Origin: Candidatus Binatia bacterium
GTDB taxonomy: Bacteria; Desulfobacterota; Binatia; UBA9968; JAJDTQ01
Assembly: GCA_963666515.2 (NCBI GenBank)
Contig: OY762897.2
Location: 3,744,001 to 3,808,000, forward strand
DNA length: 64,000 bases
Direction of reading: 5' to 3'
In this document: piece by piece, positions 10,087 to 20,723 of the stretch
Layout: each line of letters opens with the position of its first letter
How positions within the stretch are numbered: the first letter of the stretch is position 1
Notes under the pieces: model-generated
Databases searched by the model: none
Told to the model about the DNA's origin: nothing
Seen by the model: the letters and a program-made list of their open reading frames with translations, nothing else
Position numbers and translations under genes: made by a program

Positions 10087-11207
10087 ACTGAAGTGATAAA
10101 CGCCAGGACTACAATAGCGATGGCGATGGCGATGACGATAATAACGGTATTGTTGTTTTTCTTTACCTGAATGTTGGTTTTACCACTGGCTGTCTCAAAA
10201 GAGGATGTGATTTCGTAGTCACTCTTGCTGGCCTGTTCCAGTTCGGTCACACGCTGAACCGTCTGCTGCATATCTCGCGTGCTGTTCTTAAATCGCTGGT
10301 CGGCTTTCGCCTGGGACACAGCCAAATCGACGCGGGCGGCGAGAAGTTGTCGGAGCAGTTCTCTCTTGTCCTCTCTAGTGAGGTCTTGGACACTGAAGTC
10401 CAACAGCTTGCCTTGGGCATGTTCGGCATCGAGGGCTGCCTTGAGTTGGTCGAACTGCGGGGCTTCGGTATCCTTGGCTTTCACTTGGGCACCTCCGATA
10501 AAGGGATGGAACCACGGCTCTTTCTCTCGGTCAATAACGACGTCGATAGTTCCCTGTGGTAGTGTGATTGAATGGCGGATGCGCTGTGTGTTCTGGATAC
10601 AGTTCACGAGTTTTTCAATGCGCGCAAACTCGGAAAACAAATAGTCCGAACGCACCTTGGCTTCTCGGTGTTCAATTGACGCGAGGATACGGTTGGCTGC
10701 TACTACATCACCGTTGGATAGCCAAGTGGCCGATTCCTTTAGGGACGAAGGTAACTGAAACTCACGTGATGACCTAATAAGCTGCGTTATGACCGGGAGG
10801 ACGTCGTTCCGCCACTTGGTATGCGTGGTGCTGATAGTGGCGTGTATCGGCGGTAAGTAGTGCCTTCTGAGCTTTTTTATCAGGCGATACCTAACGGAAA
10901 GAGGCAAATGTGGTGGAAGGAGGGCGAGGAGTCTCTCAGAGGTTTGCCCACTCAACTGGACAAGACCTGTTTTCCAGCTAGGATATGTCTGGCGCGCATA
11001 GTCCTCGGCCTGTTTCCCGTAGAGCCTACCGTACTGCTTGAACAGGAACTCAAGAGAGCGGTCCGATAGGTTAAAAAAGATCTTTTGGACGTCGTGATCT
11101 ATCCCGGCAAACAGGATGGTTAACTTCCGCCTTTTGCTGAGGCGGCGGAGTCGGGGATCGTTAGCTGGATCGGGTCGCATCGCTGGGAAAGGGTCTAACT
11201 CGTCCAA
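10083..11207 (-). CDS. Hypothetical protein with coiled-coil region and C-terminal TM helix
   Basis: 374-aa ORF in the lower-GC segment; ends [26 protein letters not shown]; start could instead be ATG at 11180. Confidence 0.75.
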   Translation of the reverse strand: MDELDPFPAMRPDPANDPRLRRLSKRRKLTILFAGIDHDVQKIFFNLSDRSLEFLFKQYGRLYGKQAEDYARQTYPSWKTGLVQLSGQTSERLLALLPPHLPLSVRYRLIKKLRRHYLPPIHATISTTHTKWRNDVLPVITQLIRSSREFQLPSSLKESATWLSNGDVVAANRILASIEHREAKVRSDYLFSEFARIEKLVNCIQNTQRIRHSITLPQGTIDVVIDREKEPWFHPFIGGAQVKAKDTEAPQFDQLKAALDAEHAQGKLLDFSVQDLTREDKRELLRQLLAARVDLAVSQAKADQRFKNSTRDMQQTVQRVTELEQASKSDYEITSSFETASGKTNIQVKKNNNTVIIVIAIAIAIVVLAFITSV

Positions 11208-11304
11208 GACGACCGCTGATAAAGGGACCGGATGCTATTCGGTCCGCATTGTACCGCAAAGGGATGCAGTGGGCTAACGCTGATGCTGGCCGTAGACTTC
11301 CGCA

Positions 11305-12879
11305 TCAGTGCCGAAAGTGCCGTATACCGGTGAAGATCATGGCCAGGCCGTGCTCGTCCGCGGCGGCGATGACCTCCTCGTCGCGGATGGAGCCGCCCGG
11401 CTGGATCACCGCGCGGGCGCCCGCCTCCGCGGCCGCGTCCACTCCGTCCCGGAAGGGGTAGAAGGCGTCCGAAGCCACCACGGAGCCCGCTAGGTCGAGA
11501 CCGTGGGTCTTGGCGCGGGTGACGGCGAGCTGGGCGGAATCCACCCGGCTCATCTGGCCGGCGCCCACGCCCAGCAACTGGTCGCTGGAGGTGAACACGA
11601 TGGCGTTGGACTTCACGTGGTGGCACACGCGCCAGGCGAAGCCCAGGGCCTTGTACTCGTCGTCGGTGGGCTGGCGCTCGGTGACCACCTTGCACTCCCG
11701 GACGTCGATGGGCTGGTGGTCCCAGTCCTGCACCAGCACGCCGCCGTGGACACGCCGCAGATCGTGGGTCGCGTCCGCGGCCGGGGCCATGTCGATCTCC
11801 AGCAGGCGGATGTTCAGCAGCCGCTTGGCCGACGACAGGATCTCCCGTGCCTCGGGGGTGAACGAAGGGGCGATGACGATCTCCAGGAAGATCTGCTTCA
11901 GCTCCTCCGCGGTCTCCGCGTCCACCGGGCGGTTGAGTGCGATGACCCCCCCGAAGATGGACACCGGGTCCCCGGCCTTGGCCTTGCGGAAGGCGTCGGC
12001 CAGCGAGACGTCCGAGGTGGCCAGACCGCACGGGTTGGTGTGCTTGATGGCCACGGCCGCGGTCTCGGAGAAGTCCAGCACGGTGCTCAGGGCGGCGTCC
12101 GCGTCCAGGATGTTGTTGAACGAGAGCTGCTTGCCCTGGACCTGCGTCGCCCGCGCCACCGACGGGACGCCGCCGTCGCCGTGGGCATAGAACGCCGCGC
12201 TCTGGTGCGGGTTCTCCCCGTAGCGCAGCTCCTGGAGCCTGGAGAGCTGGAGGTTCAGCTTCTCGCCCCACGGCCCGGCTTTTCCGTCCCCGTCGAGCCG
12301 CCCGAGGTAGTTGGAGATGGCGCCGTCGTACCGCGCCGTGTGGTGGAAGGCCAGGCACGCCAGCCGGAAGCGCGTGTCCGCCGACAGCTCGCCGCCGCCG
12401 GCTGCAAGCTCTTCGGCCACGGCCCCGTAGTCCGACGGCTCCACCACCACCGCCACGTGCGGGTGGTTCTTGGCCGCGGAGCGGATCATGGCGGGGCCGC
12501 CAATGTCGATCTGCTCGATGATCTCGTCGAAAGGCGCTTCGCGCGCCACCGTGGCCTCGAACGGGTACAGATTCACCACCACCATGTCGATGGCGCCGAT
12601 GCCCAGCTCTTCCATCTGGGCGCGGTGCTCGGGCTTGTCCCGCAGCGCCAGGATGCCGCCGTGGATCTTGGGGTGGAGCGTCTTGACCCGGCCGTCCATG
12701 ATCTCCGGGAACCCGGTGACGTCCGCCACCTCGGTCACGTCGATCCCCTGCTGCCGCAGCAGCCCGGCCGTCCCTCCGGTGGACAGTATCTCGACGCCCA
12801 ACCCCGCCAGCTTCCCGGCGAAATCGACGATGCCGTCCTTGTCGGATACGCTGATCAGTGCCCTTTGAATCTTGCCCAC
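11305..12879 (-). CDS. purH: Bifunctional AICAR transformylase/IMP cyclohydrolase
   Basis: [51 protein letters not shown]. Confidence 0.98.
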   Translation of the reverse strand: MGKIQRALISVSDKDGIVDFAGKLAGLGVEILSTGGTAGLLRQQGIDVTEVADVTGFPEIMDGRVKTLHPKIHGGILALRDKPEHRAQMEELGIGAIDMVVVNLYPFEATVAREAPFDEIIEQIDIGGPAMIRSAAKNHPHVAVVVEPSDYGAVAEELAAGGGELSADTRFRLACLAFHHTARYDGAISNYLGRLDGDGKAGPWGEKLNLQLSRLQELRYGENPHQSAAFYAHGDGGVPSVARATQVQGKQLSFNNILDADAALSTVLDFSETAAVAIKHTNPCGLATSDVSLADAFRKAKAGDPVSIFGGVIALNRPVDAETAEELKQIFLEIVIAPSFTPEAREILSSAKRLLNIRLLEIDMAPAADATHDLRRVHGGVLVQDWDHQPIDVRECKVVTERQPTDDEYKALGFAWRVCHHVKSNAIVFTSSDQLLGVGAGQMSRVDSAQLAVTRAKTHGLDLAGSVVASDAFYPFRDGVDAAAEAGARAVIQPGGSIRDEEVIAAADEHGLAMIFTGIRHFRH

Positions 12880-12945
12880 AGGTGCCCCGTCCCTCCCTAT
12901 CCCGGCCCGCGTATCCCGTGAAGGGACGAGATGATCGCGCGCGGG

Positions 12946-14142
12946 CTAGAAGTAGTAGCGTGGAATGCCCGGACTGATGGATGTGAGAATCTCGTAGGAG
13001 ATCGTGTCCGCCCAGCCGGCCATCTCTTCCGCGGAGACGGTTTCGCGGCCCTGCGTCCCGATCAGGACGACCTCGGCCCCCGGCTGAACACCGGCTATAT
13101 CGGTAACGTCCGCCATTGTCAAATTCATGGTCACACGGCCCACCACGGGCGCCCGCCGGCCGTGGATCAGCACCGCGGCCTTGTTGGAAAGAGACCGTTT
13201 GTAGCCGTCCGCGTAGCCCACCGGCAGGGTCGCGATGACGCTCTTGCGGGCGGTGATGAAGGTGCCGCCGTAGCTCACGGGCGAACCCTCCGGCAGTGTC
13301 TTGACCTGCAGCACGCGGGTCTTCCAGGTGAGCGCCGGCGCAAGGCGGGCGTGTTTCGCAAGCTGCGGATGGGAGTAGAGCCCGTAGAGCATGCCGCCCG
13401 GCCGCACCATGTCGAAACGGACCTCGGGCAGCCCCAGGAGGGCGGCGCTGTTGGCCATGTGCGCCGCCGACGGCAGGTGTCCTGCCGCGCGCAGCCGCTC
13501 CAGGGTGCCGCGGAACGCCGCCAGTTGCCCGCGGCACGACGGCGAGTCCGGCTGCTCGGCCGCGGCGAAGTGGGACATGATCCCTTGCAGCTCGACCGCC
13601 TGGAGCCCGCTCAGCGCCGGCGCCCATTCCTCGACCGCGTCCGGCAGAAGCCCCAGCCGTCCCATGCCGGTGTCCACCTTGAGGTGGCAGGCGACCGCGA
13701 CGCCGTGTCGTGCGCCGAAGGCGTCTAGGCGCCGCAAGAGGTCGAGACTCGGTACCACGGGCGTCAGCGAATGCCGGACGAGGTTGGCGGCATCGTCCGG
13801 CCAGACGCTTCCCAGGACGACGATCTCGCCTTCGATTCCCGCCTCCCTCAGGCGCGCCCCTTCCTCCACCGTGGCGACCCCGAAGCGGCGCACCCCTTCG
13901 CCGGACAGGACGCGGGCGCACTCGACGTCTCCATGGCCGTAGGCGCCGGCCTTCACCACCGCGAGGACGTCCACCCGGTCGCCTGCCAGGCGGCGCGCCG
14001 TGGCCAGGTTGGCGCGCAAGGCCGACAGGTCGACCAGACAGCAGGTCCCCGCGGGCTCGCGAGCGGGAAGCGATGTCGATGGCGGTGATATTTCTTCTCG
14101 GGACTCGTCGTGCACGCCGGGTGTGGCCGAAGGGAAGCGCAA
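12946..14142 (-). CDS. alr: Alanine racemase
   Basis: AVVKAGAYGHG (PLP lysine), HLKVDTGMGRLG, PVGYADG, TISYEILT; start uncertain. Confidence 0.95.
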   Translation of the reverse strand: MRFPSATPGVHDESREEISPPSTSLPAREPAGTCCLVDLSALRANLATARRLAGDRVDVLAVVKAGAYGHGDVECARVLSGEGVRRFGVATVEEGARLREAGIEGEIVVLGSVWPDDAANLVRHSLTPVVPSLDLLRRLDAFGARHGVAVACHLKVDTGMGRLGLLPDAVEEWAPALSGLQAVELQGIMSHFAAAEQPDSPSCRGQLAAFRGTLERLRAAGHLPSAAHMANSAALLGLPEVRFDMVRPGGMLYGLYSHPQLAKHARLAPALTWKTRVLQVKTLPEGSPVSYGGTFITARKSVIATLPVGYADGYKRSLSNKAAVLIHGRRAPVVGRVTMNLTMADVTDIAGVQPGAEVVLIGTQGRETVSAEEMAGWADTISYEILTSISPGIPRYYF

Positions 14143-14158
14143 GTCCCCGAAGCCGTGG

Positions 14159-14488
14159 TCAGGAAACCCTGGCGCCGGGGGCGATGGCTCGCTCCGGCGC
14201 CAGGATGACGAGTTGGTCGTCGGTGGATGCGGCGAGGATCATGCCCTGGCTCTCGATGCCTCTCAGCTTCGCGGGCTTCAGGTTCGCCACCACCACGAGC
14301 TGCCGGCCCGTGAGTTCCTCCGGGCTGTAGTGGCCGCGAATGCCGGCCACGAGCTGGCGCTCCTCCGAGCCCAGGTCCACCTTGAGCACCATGAGCCGGT
14401 CGGCATTGGGATGCGGTTCGGCGCTGGTGACCGTGCCGATGCGCAGGTCCAGCGCTTGGAAGTCGTCGATGGTGATCATGCCGTCCAT
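14159..14488 (-). CDS. Stand-alone tRNA-binding OB-fold protein (MetG C-terminal/Trbp111/CsaA-like)
   Basis: ITIDDFQALDLRIG, HPNADRL, VANLKPAKLRGIESQGMILAA; ATG at 14488. Confidence 0.88.
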   Translation of the reverse strand: MDGMITIDDFQALDLRIGTVTSAEPHPNADRLMVLKVDLGSEERQLVAGIRGHYSPEELTGRQLVVVANLKPAKLRGIESQGMILAASTDDQLVILAPERAIAPGARVS

Positions 14489-14581
14489 GGGTGCTGACGG
14501 AGGTTTATCGGTTTGTAGAAGGATAACAAAACTCGGCTTGCCAACCAAACCACGGGCGGCCATCGCGGCATCGGAGATGCG

Positions 14582-14848
14582 TCAATAGTGATACCGCGCC
14601 TGCAGGAAGTCCACTCGGTCTTCGCTGACCAGATAGACGAGGCGATGTGCTTCCGTGAGCCGGCGCGACCAAGTCCCCGACAGCAGGTACTTGAGCGGCT
14701 CGGGCTTCCCGATCCCGGAAAACGGGTCGCGCATCACGGCCTCGACCAGGTTGAGGACGCGCAACGCGACCTTCCGGTCCGTCCTGACCCAATAACGCAG
14801 GTCCGAAATGAATTCGGGGTGGAAAACGGAGGATCGTGGAGCTTTCAT
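14582..14848 (-). CDS. yoeB: Txe/YoeB family toxin
   Basis: DPFSGIGKPEPLKY, WSRRLTEAHRLVY, QARYHY. Confidence 0.93.
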   Translation of the reverse strand: MKAPRSSVFHPEFISDLRYWVRTDRKVALRVLNLVEAVMRDPFSGIGKPEPLKYLLSGTWSRRLTEAHRLVYLVSEDRVDFLQARYHY

Positions 14849-14918
14849 ACCCACCCCGGACATATAACGTGTTGAACACTTCTGAGGCGGCGCACGGTTG
14901 GGTCAGGCAGGTCCGTGT

Positions 14919-15197
14919 TCAACCAAGGCCGAGTTTCTCGCGCAGGTCTTCCACCGAAGATGACGGGAGTTCGCGACTCTGGGCGCGGTTGATGGCGGTG
15001 AGAAGACGTTTCGCGTTCCGCGGGGATCTGAGGAGGTGGGCCGTTTCCAGAAGGCTCGCCAGCTCGTCTGCCGAAACCAATGCCACGTCCTGGGCGTTGC
15101 GTCGCCGGATGATGACGGGCTCGCGCGTGTCGGCTACTTGGGCACAGAGCGAGGCAAATTCCGCTCTCGCCCTTGTGTACGTAGTCGTGCTTGCCAT
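14919..15197 (-). CDS. yefM: Phd/YefM family antitoxin
   Basis: TYTRARAEFASL...EPVIIRR...SLLETAHLLRSPRNAKRL; upstream of yoeB. Confidence 0.93.
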   Translation of the reverse strand: MASTTTYTRARAEFASLCAQVADTREPVIIRRRNAQDVALVSADELASLLETAHLLRSPRNAKRLLTAINRAQSRELPSSSVEDLREKLGLG

Positions 15198-15216
15198 GAC
15201 TCCACTATCCCCCCTT

Positions 15217-15238
15217 ACTGTACTCCAATACTGTACAG
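15217..15238. promoter_or_regulatory. Putative YefM operator (paired TGTAC(A) cores)
   Basis: actgtactccaatactgtacag just upstream of yefM; TGTACA is the established YefM operator core. Confidence 0.6.
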
Positions 15239-15325
15239 GTGAGATGACGTTTTGTCCATCGAGTGGCGGCTCTGACAGGGTATTCCCGCTTACCCCCCCT
15301 CTTGACTCACCGGAAGCCGGCGGCT

Positions 15326-15348
15326 ACTAATCAGAACCATTACTGTTA
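15326..15348. promoter_or_regulatory. Putative PerR/Fur box upstream of rubrerythrin
   Basis: actaatcagaaccattactgtta; imperfect AT-rich dyad between a TTGACT -35-like hexamer and the AAGGAGG RBS; Fur-family gene in the same cluster. Confidence 0.45.
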
Positions 15349-15360
15349 AGGAGGCACCCT

Positions 15361-15804
<444 letters not shown>

Positions 15805-15829
15805 TCGTGCCGGTCCGCTGACCCGGACG

Positions 15830-15906
15830 TTTGCCGCCTCGGACCCGCGGGAAACCCTCGCGGGGTCGGGGCGGCAAAGGACGGTCTCTTTCGGACGGTC
15901 TCTTTC
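15830..15906. repeat. Hairpin followed by a perfect 14-bp tandem duplication
   Basis: tttgccgcc...ggcggcaaa stem (15830-15878), then ggacggtctctttc twice (15879-15892, 15893-15906). Confidence 0.75.
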
Positions 15907-15911
15907 GCGCA

Positions 15912-16484
15912 ATGGAAAAGGTCACGCTGAACGACATCGTCGGCGCCAGCGCCTACGAGCAGAAGCGCGACGCGTTCCGCCGCGAGATCATCGATCTCAA
16001 GAAGCACCGGCGGGTGTCGGTGGGGGACAAGGTCTCGCTGGTGTTCGAGAACCGGGCCACGGTGATCTTCCAGATACAGGAGATGCTGCGGGCCGAGAGC
16101 ATCCGTGACCTGGACAAGATCCGCGAGGAGATCGACGTCTACAACGAGCTGATTCCGGCGGCCGGGGAACTGAGGGCGACCCTTTTCCTGGAGATCGAGG
16201 ACCAGACCAACCTGCGCGAGGCGCTGCTGAAGTTTCTCGGCATCGACGAGCGGGTCTTCCTCAAGATCGGCGACGGTCACACCGTTCGCGCCCGGTTCGA
16301 GGAAGGCCGCAGCAAGGAAGACAAGATCAGCGCGGTGCAGTACATCACCTTCGGCTTCACCGCGGACGAGGCCGAAGCGTTGCGGGACCGGGACGCCTGC
16401 ATCGTGGTCGACCACGAGAACTATCACGCCGAGGTCCTCTTGACCGCCGAAACCAGGGCGGAGCTGCTCCGGGACCTGGCGTAG
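15912..16484 (+). CDS. DUF3501 family protein
   Basis: [44 protein letters not shown]; usual rubrerythrin neighbour. Confidence 0.9.
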   Translation: MEKVTLNDIVGASAYEQKRDAFRREIIDLKKHRRVSVGDKVSLVFENRATVIFQIQEMLRAESIRDLDKIREEIDVYNELIPAAGELRATLFLEIEDQTNLREALLKFLGIDERVFLKIGDGHTVRARFEEGRSKEDKISAVQYITFGFTADEAEALRDRDACIVVDHENYHAEVLLTAETRAELLRDLA

Positions 16485-16515
16485 CGTCCCGCGGAACGGG
16501 CCGGGGGATCGTTCC

Positions 16516-16890
16516 ATGTCCACGAGACGGACACGACAGCTCCAGGTGATATGGGACGTCCTGAAGGACGAAATGTCCCATCCCACCGCGGACCAGATAT
16601 ACGAACGGGTGCGGCGGGACCTGCCGCACATCAGCCTCGGCACCGTCTACCGCAACCTCCAGAAGCTGGCCGCCGACGGCAGGCTTCAGATCCTCAACAT
16701 CGAGCGCACGCAGCACTTCGATCCCATCCTGAACAAGCACCCGCATTTCATTTGCGAAAGCTGCGGAAAGGTCTATGATGTCACCCTCGACCGTAGGGAC
16801 GAAGCGGAGCCGGTGCTGTCGCCGGACACGGGCTTTACGGTGACTTCCCACCAGCTCTCGCTCTACGGCACGTGCGAGACTTGCTCTTGA
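16516..16890 (+). CDS. Fur family regulator, PerR-like
   Basis: [32 protein letters not shown]. Confidence 0.9.
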   Translation: MSTRRTRQLQVIWDVLKDEMSHPTADQIYERVRRDLPHISLGTVYRNLQKLAADGRLQILNIERTQHFDPILNKHPHFICESCGKVYDVTLDRRDEAEPVLSPDTGFTVTSHQLSLYGTCETCS

Positions 16891-16929
16891 TGCCTGCGGC
16901 CGTCACGGCCGAGGCCCGCGGGAGGAGCC

Positions 16930-17799
16930 ATGTCAAGACGTGATCTTATCGGTCTCGTGCTCGGTCTGGCGGTGCTTTTGAGCGCACAGGGCGCGGCCGC
17001 CATCTGTAATCCAAACGTGGTCAAGACCCTCGATGCGGGACCCCACCTGGCCCGGTCCGTCGGCCTGCTCGCGGGCGCGACCGCCCCGTCCGGCGCGGAC
17101 ATCGGTCTCGGCCAGTACAGCATCCGCTGGTTCGGCCACTCCAGCTTCGCCATCCGCTCCGGCACCGGCACCCGGGTGGTGGCCGATCCCAACTTCGACG
17201 TCACGCCCGGCATCGCCGCGGACGCGGTGACGGTGAGCAACGACCACTACACCCACAACAACGTCGATGCGGTGCGCGGCAACCCGCTGGTGCTGAGGGG
17301 CATCACCCTGGACCAGCGCTGGCAGCCGGTGCGGCGGAAGGTCAAGGACATCGTGGTGGTGAACCTGCCCAGCGCCCGCAACTACGACTTCACCCGCATC
17401 GCCAACTCGATCTTCGTCTTCGAGATGGGCAGCCTCTGTCTCGCCCACCTGGGCAACATCGGCCACCTGCTCACCGAGAAGCAGCAGAAGCTGCTGCGCC
17501 GGGTGGACGTCATGATGATCCCCATCGACGCCCGCAACAACCTGGGATTCGGCGACCTCGTCAAGGTCATCGAGCAGGTGAAGCCGCCCATCGTGCTGCC
17601 GATGCACTACGACGACCCGCACCAGGCCGAGTACTTCGCGTCCTTCCTCGACGGCCGCTATCCGGTGCGCCCGCAAGCCGATTCCCGGCTCGTGCTCACG
17701 CGCCGGATGCTGCCCAAGAGCACGGAGCTGTTCATCCTGCCCCACCCCAACCCCTACGCCATGAGGCGCCGCTGGGGCGGCTGGGACGACGACCGGTAG
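16930..17799 (+). CDS. Exported metallo-beta-lactamase-fold protein (degenerate metal motif)
   Basis: Signal peptide; IRWFGHSSF, VADP, VTVSNDHYTHN, HLGNIG, VLPMHY. Confidence 0.8.
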   Translation: MSRRDLIGLVLGLAVLLSAQGAAAICNPNVVKTLDAGPHLARSVGLLAGATAPSGADIGLGQYSIRWFGHSSFAIRSGTGTRVVADPNFDVTPGIAADAVTVSNDHYTHNNVDAVRGNPLVLRGITLDQRWQPVRRKVKDIVVVNLPSARNYDFTRIANSIFVFEMGSLCLAHLGNIGHLLTEKQQKLLRRVDVMMIPIDARNNLGFGDLVKVIEQVKPPIVLPMHYDDPHQAEYFASFLDGRYPVRPQADSRLVLTRRMLPKSTELFILPHPNPYAMRRRWGGWDDDR

Positions 17800-17816
17800 C
17801 ACCGCGTTCCTCCGCT

Positions 17817-19724
17817 TCAGGACTGAAACCGATCCACTCTCGATCGCAGGTAGTCAATGACTTGGTCCGCCACCTCGTCGACGCTCCGTTCGCCGGTTTT
17901 CAGCACGATGTCGGGATTATCGGGCGGTTCGTAGACGCTGTCGATGCCGGTGAAGTTCCTGATCTCGCCGGCGCGGGCCTTGCGGTAGAGCCCCTTGGGG
18001 TCGCGTTGCTCGCAGACCTCGATGGGGCAATCGACGAAGATCTCGACGAACTCGCCTTCCTCCATCATCTCCCGGGCCATGCGGCGCTCGTCGCGGAACG
18101 GCGAGATCACCGAGACCAGGACGATCAACCCGGCGTCCACGAACAGCCTGGCGGCCTCGGCGATGCGGCGCACGTTCTCCACCCGGTCCGCGGCGGTGAA
18201 GCCCAGGTCCCGGGTCAACCCGTGGCGCAGGTTGTCGCCGTCCAGGGTGTAGCTGTGCCGGCCCATGGCGTGCAGGCGCCGCTCCACCGCGTTGGCGGTG
18301 GCCGACTTGCCTGCGCCCGACAGCCCGGTGAGCCACAGGACGCAGGCTTTCTGGTTCTTCTGCGCCGCCCGCGCAGGTTTGTCGATGGCGAGCGGGTGGA
18401 GGGTCAGGTTGGAGCCGCGCCACAGGCCGAAGTCGATCATGCCGGCGCCCACGGTGTCGTGGGTGTAGCGGTCGATGAGGATGAAGCCGCCGGTCTCCCT
18501 CGACTCCCGGTAGGGATCGAAGGCGATCCGGCGGTCGAGGCCGATGTTGCAACAGGCGATGTCGTTGAGCCCCAGCGTCCTGGCCGCGGCGTGCTCCAGG
18601 TTGTTGACGTTGAGCTTGTACTTGATGGCTGTGATCTGTGCCCCGGCAAGGCGCGTGCCGATTTTCAGCAGGTACGGACGCTCCGGCAGCAGCGGGTTCT
18701 CGTGCATCCAGACGATGTGGCAGGCGAACTGGTCGCTGAAGCTCGGCGGCTCGGTGGCGGAGGCGATGATGTCGCCGCGGCTCACGTCGGCCTCGTCGGC
18801 GAGGGTGAGGGTTACGGCCTGGCCGGCGCGCGCGCCGTCGAGGTCTCCGTCCGGACCGACGATCCGTTTTACCGCCGAGGTTCGCCGGGATGGGCAGAGC
18901 ATCACGGAGTCGCCGGGGCGCACGAGCCCGGACGCGATGGTGCCGGCGAAGCCGCGGAAATCGGCGCTGGGACGGTTCACCCACTGCACGGGCATGCGAA
19001 AGGGCGCGCTCTCGAGGCCGGCGGCCACCTCGGCGGATTCCAGGGCCTGGAGGAGCGTCGGCCCGTCATGCCAGTCCATGGCCGTTGACGGTCCGGTGAC
19101 GTTGTCGCCGGTGAGAGCCGATACCGGAATGCAGGTGACGCCGGTCACGTCCAGCCGCCGCGCGAAGTCGCGGTAGGCCGCGACGATGCCGTCGAAGACT
19201 TCCCCGGACCAGTCCACGAGGTCCATCTTGTTGACGGCGGCGATCACGCGGCGAACGCCCAGGAGGGAGAGGATGGTGGTGTGGCGGCAGGTCTGCGGCA
19301 GCACGCCCTTGCGGGCGTCGATGAGCACCACCGCCAGATCGGCGGTGGAGGCGCCGGTGGCCATGTTGCGCGTGTACTGCTCGTGCCCGGGCGTGTCGGC
19401 GACGATGAATTTGCGCTTGTCGGTTGAGAACGTGCGGTAGGCGACGTCGATGGTGATGCCCTGCTCGCGCTCCGCCTGGAGGCCGTCCACCAGGAGCGCC
19501 AGGTCGAGGTCGTCGCCCTGGGTGCCGTGCCGCCTGCTGTCGGCCGCCACCTTCGCGAGCTGGTCCTGGAACACCAGCCGCGATTCGTAGAGCAGGCGGC
19601 CGATCAGCGTGGACTTGCCGTCGTCCACGCTGCCGCAGGTGATGAAGCGTAGGATGTCCGTGTCTTCGCGGACGTTCGCGTAGGCTTGGAACTCCCGGCC
19701 GCCCGGCGAGGGGTTCCTGGACAT
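17817..19724 (-). CDS. cysNC: Sulfate adenylyltransferase subunit 1 / adenylylsulfate kinase fusion
   Basis: GSVDDGKSTLIG, EREQGITIDVAY, DTPGH, NKMD; C-terminal WLTGLSGAGKS, LDGDNLR, RDPKGLY. Confidence 0.96.
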   Translation of the reverse strand: MSRNPSPGGREFQAYANVREDTDILRFITCGSVDDGKSTLIGRLLYESRLVFQDQLAKVAADSRRHGTQGDDLDLALLVDGLQAEREQGITIDVAYRTFSTDKRKFIVADTPGHEQYTRNMATGASTADLAVVLIDARKGVLPQTCRHTTILSLLGVRRVIAAVNKMDLVDWSGEVFDGIVAAYRDFARRLDVTGVTCIPVSALTGDNVTGPSTAMDWHDGPTLLQALESAEVAAGLESAPFRMPVQWVNRPSADFRGFAGTIASGLVRPGDSVMLCPSRRTSAVKRIVGPDGDLDGARAGQAVTLTLADEADVSRGDIIASATEPPSFSDQFACHIVWMHENPLLPERPYLLKIGTRLAGAQITAIKYKLNVNNLEHAAARTLGLNDIACCNIGLDRRIAFDPYRESRETGGFILIDRYTHDTVGAGMIDFGLWRGSNLTLHPLAIDKPARAAQKNQKACVLWLTGLSGAGKSATANAVERRLHAMGRHSYTLDGDNLRHGLTRDLGFTAADRVENVRRIAEAARLFVDAGLIVLVSVISPFRDERRMAREMMEEGEFVEIFVDCPIEVCEQRDPKGLYRKARAGEIRNFTGIDSVYEPPDNPDIVLKTGERSVDEVADQVIDYLRSRVDRFQS

Positions 19725-20647
19725 CAGAAGTATCCCTCCTGCTTCTTGCGCTCCATGGAGCCTTCCCCGTCGTGGTCGATGACGCGACCCTGGCGCTCGG
19801 AGTGCGTGGACGTCAACATCTCGCGGATGATAGCGGGCACGCTGCCGGCGTCCGACTCGATGGCGCCCGACAGCGGGTAGCAGCCCAGCGTGCGGAAACG
19901 CACCCGCTTCATCTCCGGCTCCTCGCCGGGCTCCAGCTCCATGCGCTCGTCGGCCACCATGATCAGCGTTCCCGATCGGCGCACCACCGGACGCCGGGCC
20001 GCGAAATAGAGCGGCACGACGGGGATGTCTTCCCGGTCGATGTAGTTCCAGACATCCAGCTCGGTCCAGTTGGAGAGCGGAAAGACGCGCATGGATTCGC
20101 CGTCGCGGACATGGGTGTTGTAGAGGCGCCAGAGTTCGGGGCGCTGGTTCTTGGGGTCCCAGCGATGCCCCCGCGTGCGCAGGGAGAACACGCGTTCCTT
20201 GGCCCGGGACATCTCCTCGTCGCGCCGCGCCCCCGCCAGCGCCGCATCGAAGCCGTGCCGGTCGAGCGCCTGCTTCAACGCCTGGGTCTTCATCACGTCG
20301 GTGTGGAGAGCCGACCCGTGGGTGAAAGGGTTGATGCCTTGAGCCAGTCCCTCTTCGTTCACGTGGACGATGATCTCCATTCCGGTCTCGCGCGCCATGC
20401 GGTCGCGGAACGCGTACATCTCCGGAAACTTCCAGGTGGTGTCCACGTGAAGCAGCGGGAAGGGCGGCGGCGCCGGATGGAACGCCTTCTGCGCCAACCG
20501 CACCAGGACCGAGCTGTCCTTGCCGATGGAGTAGAGCACGACCGGCTTCGAGAACGCGGCAGCCGCCTCGCGCATGATGTGAATCGACTCGGCCTCGAGC
20601 TCGTCGAGATGGCTGAGTCCTCTTCGTTGCGACATGGGTTCGTCCAT
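19724..20647 (-). CDS. cysD: Sulfate adenylyltransferase subunit 2
   Basis: [45 protein letters not shown]; ATG at 20647 or 20635. Confidence 0.96.
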   Translation of the reverse strand: MDEPMSQRRGLSHLDELEAESIHIMREAAAAFSKPVVLYSIGKDSSVLVRLAQKAFHPAPPPFPLLHVDTTWKFPEMYAFRDRMARETGMEIIVHVNEEGLAQGINPFTHGSALHTDVMKTQALKQALDRHGFDAALAGARRDEEMSRAKERVFSLRTRGHRWDPKNQRPELWRLYNTHVRDGESMRVFPLSNWTELDVWNYIDREDIPVVPLYFAARRPVVRRSGTLIMVADERMELEPGEEPEMKRVRFRTLGCYPLSGAIESDAGSVPAIIREMLTSTHSERQGRVIDHDGEGSMERKKQEGYF

Positions 20648-20723
20648 TATCCTCTCGAAGCCGGGGTTGTCCACATTTGCAGGGTCCAGCACTGCGGGAG
20701 AGGCCGTCAACCGCCTTCGCCGG

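Noticed and set aside
9451-11304. Integron cassette or target-site duplication at the island ends (atgctggc near 9490 and 11283)
   Set aside because: No paired attC boxes or integrase, and an 8-bp match could be chance
11195-13921. Long alternative-frame ORFs such as 11195..13921, 48746..50656 and 61392..63563
   Set aside because: Shadow ORFs overlapping well-supported genes, expected in high-GC DNA; no recognisable motifs
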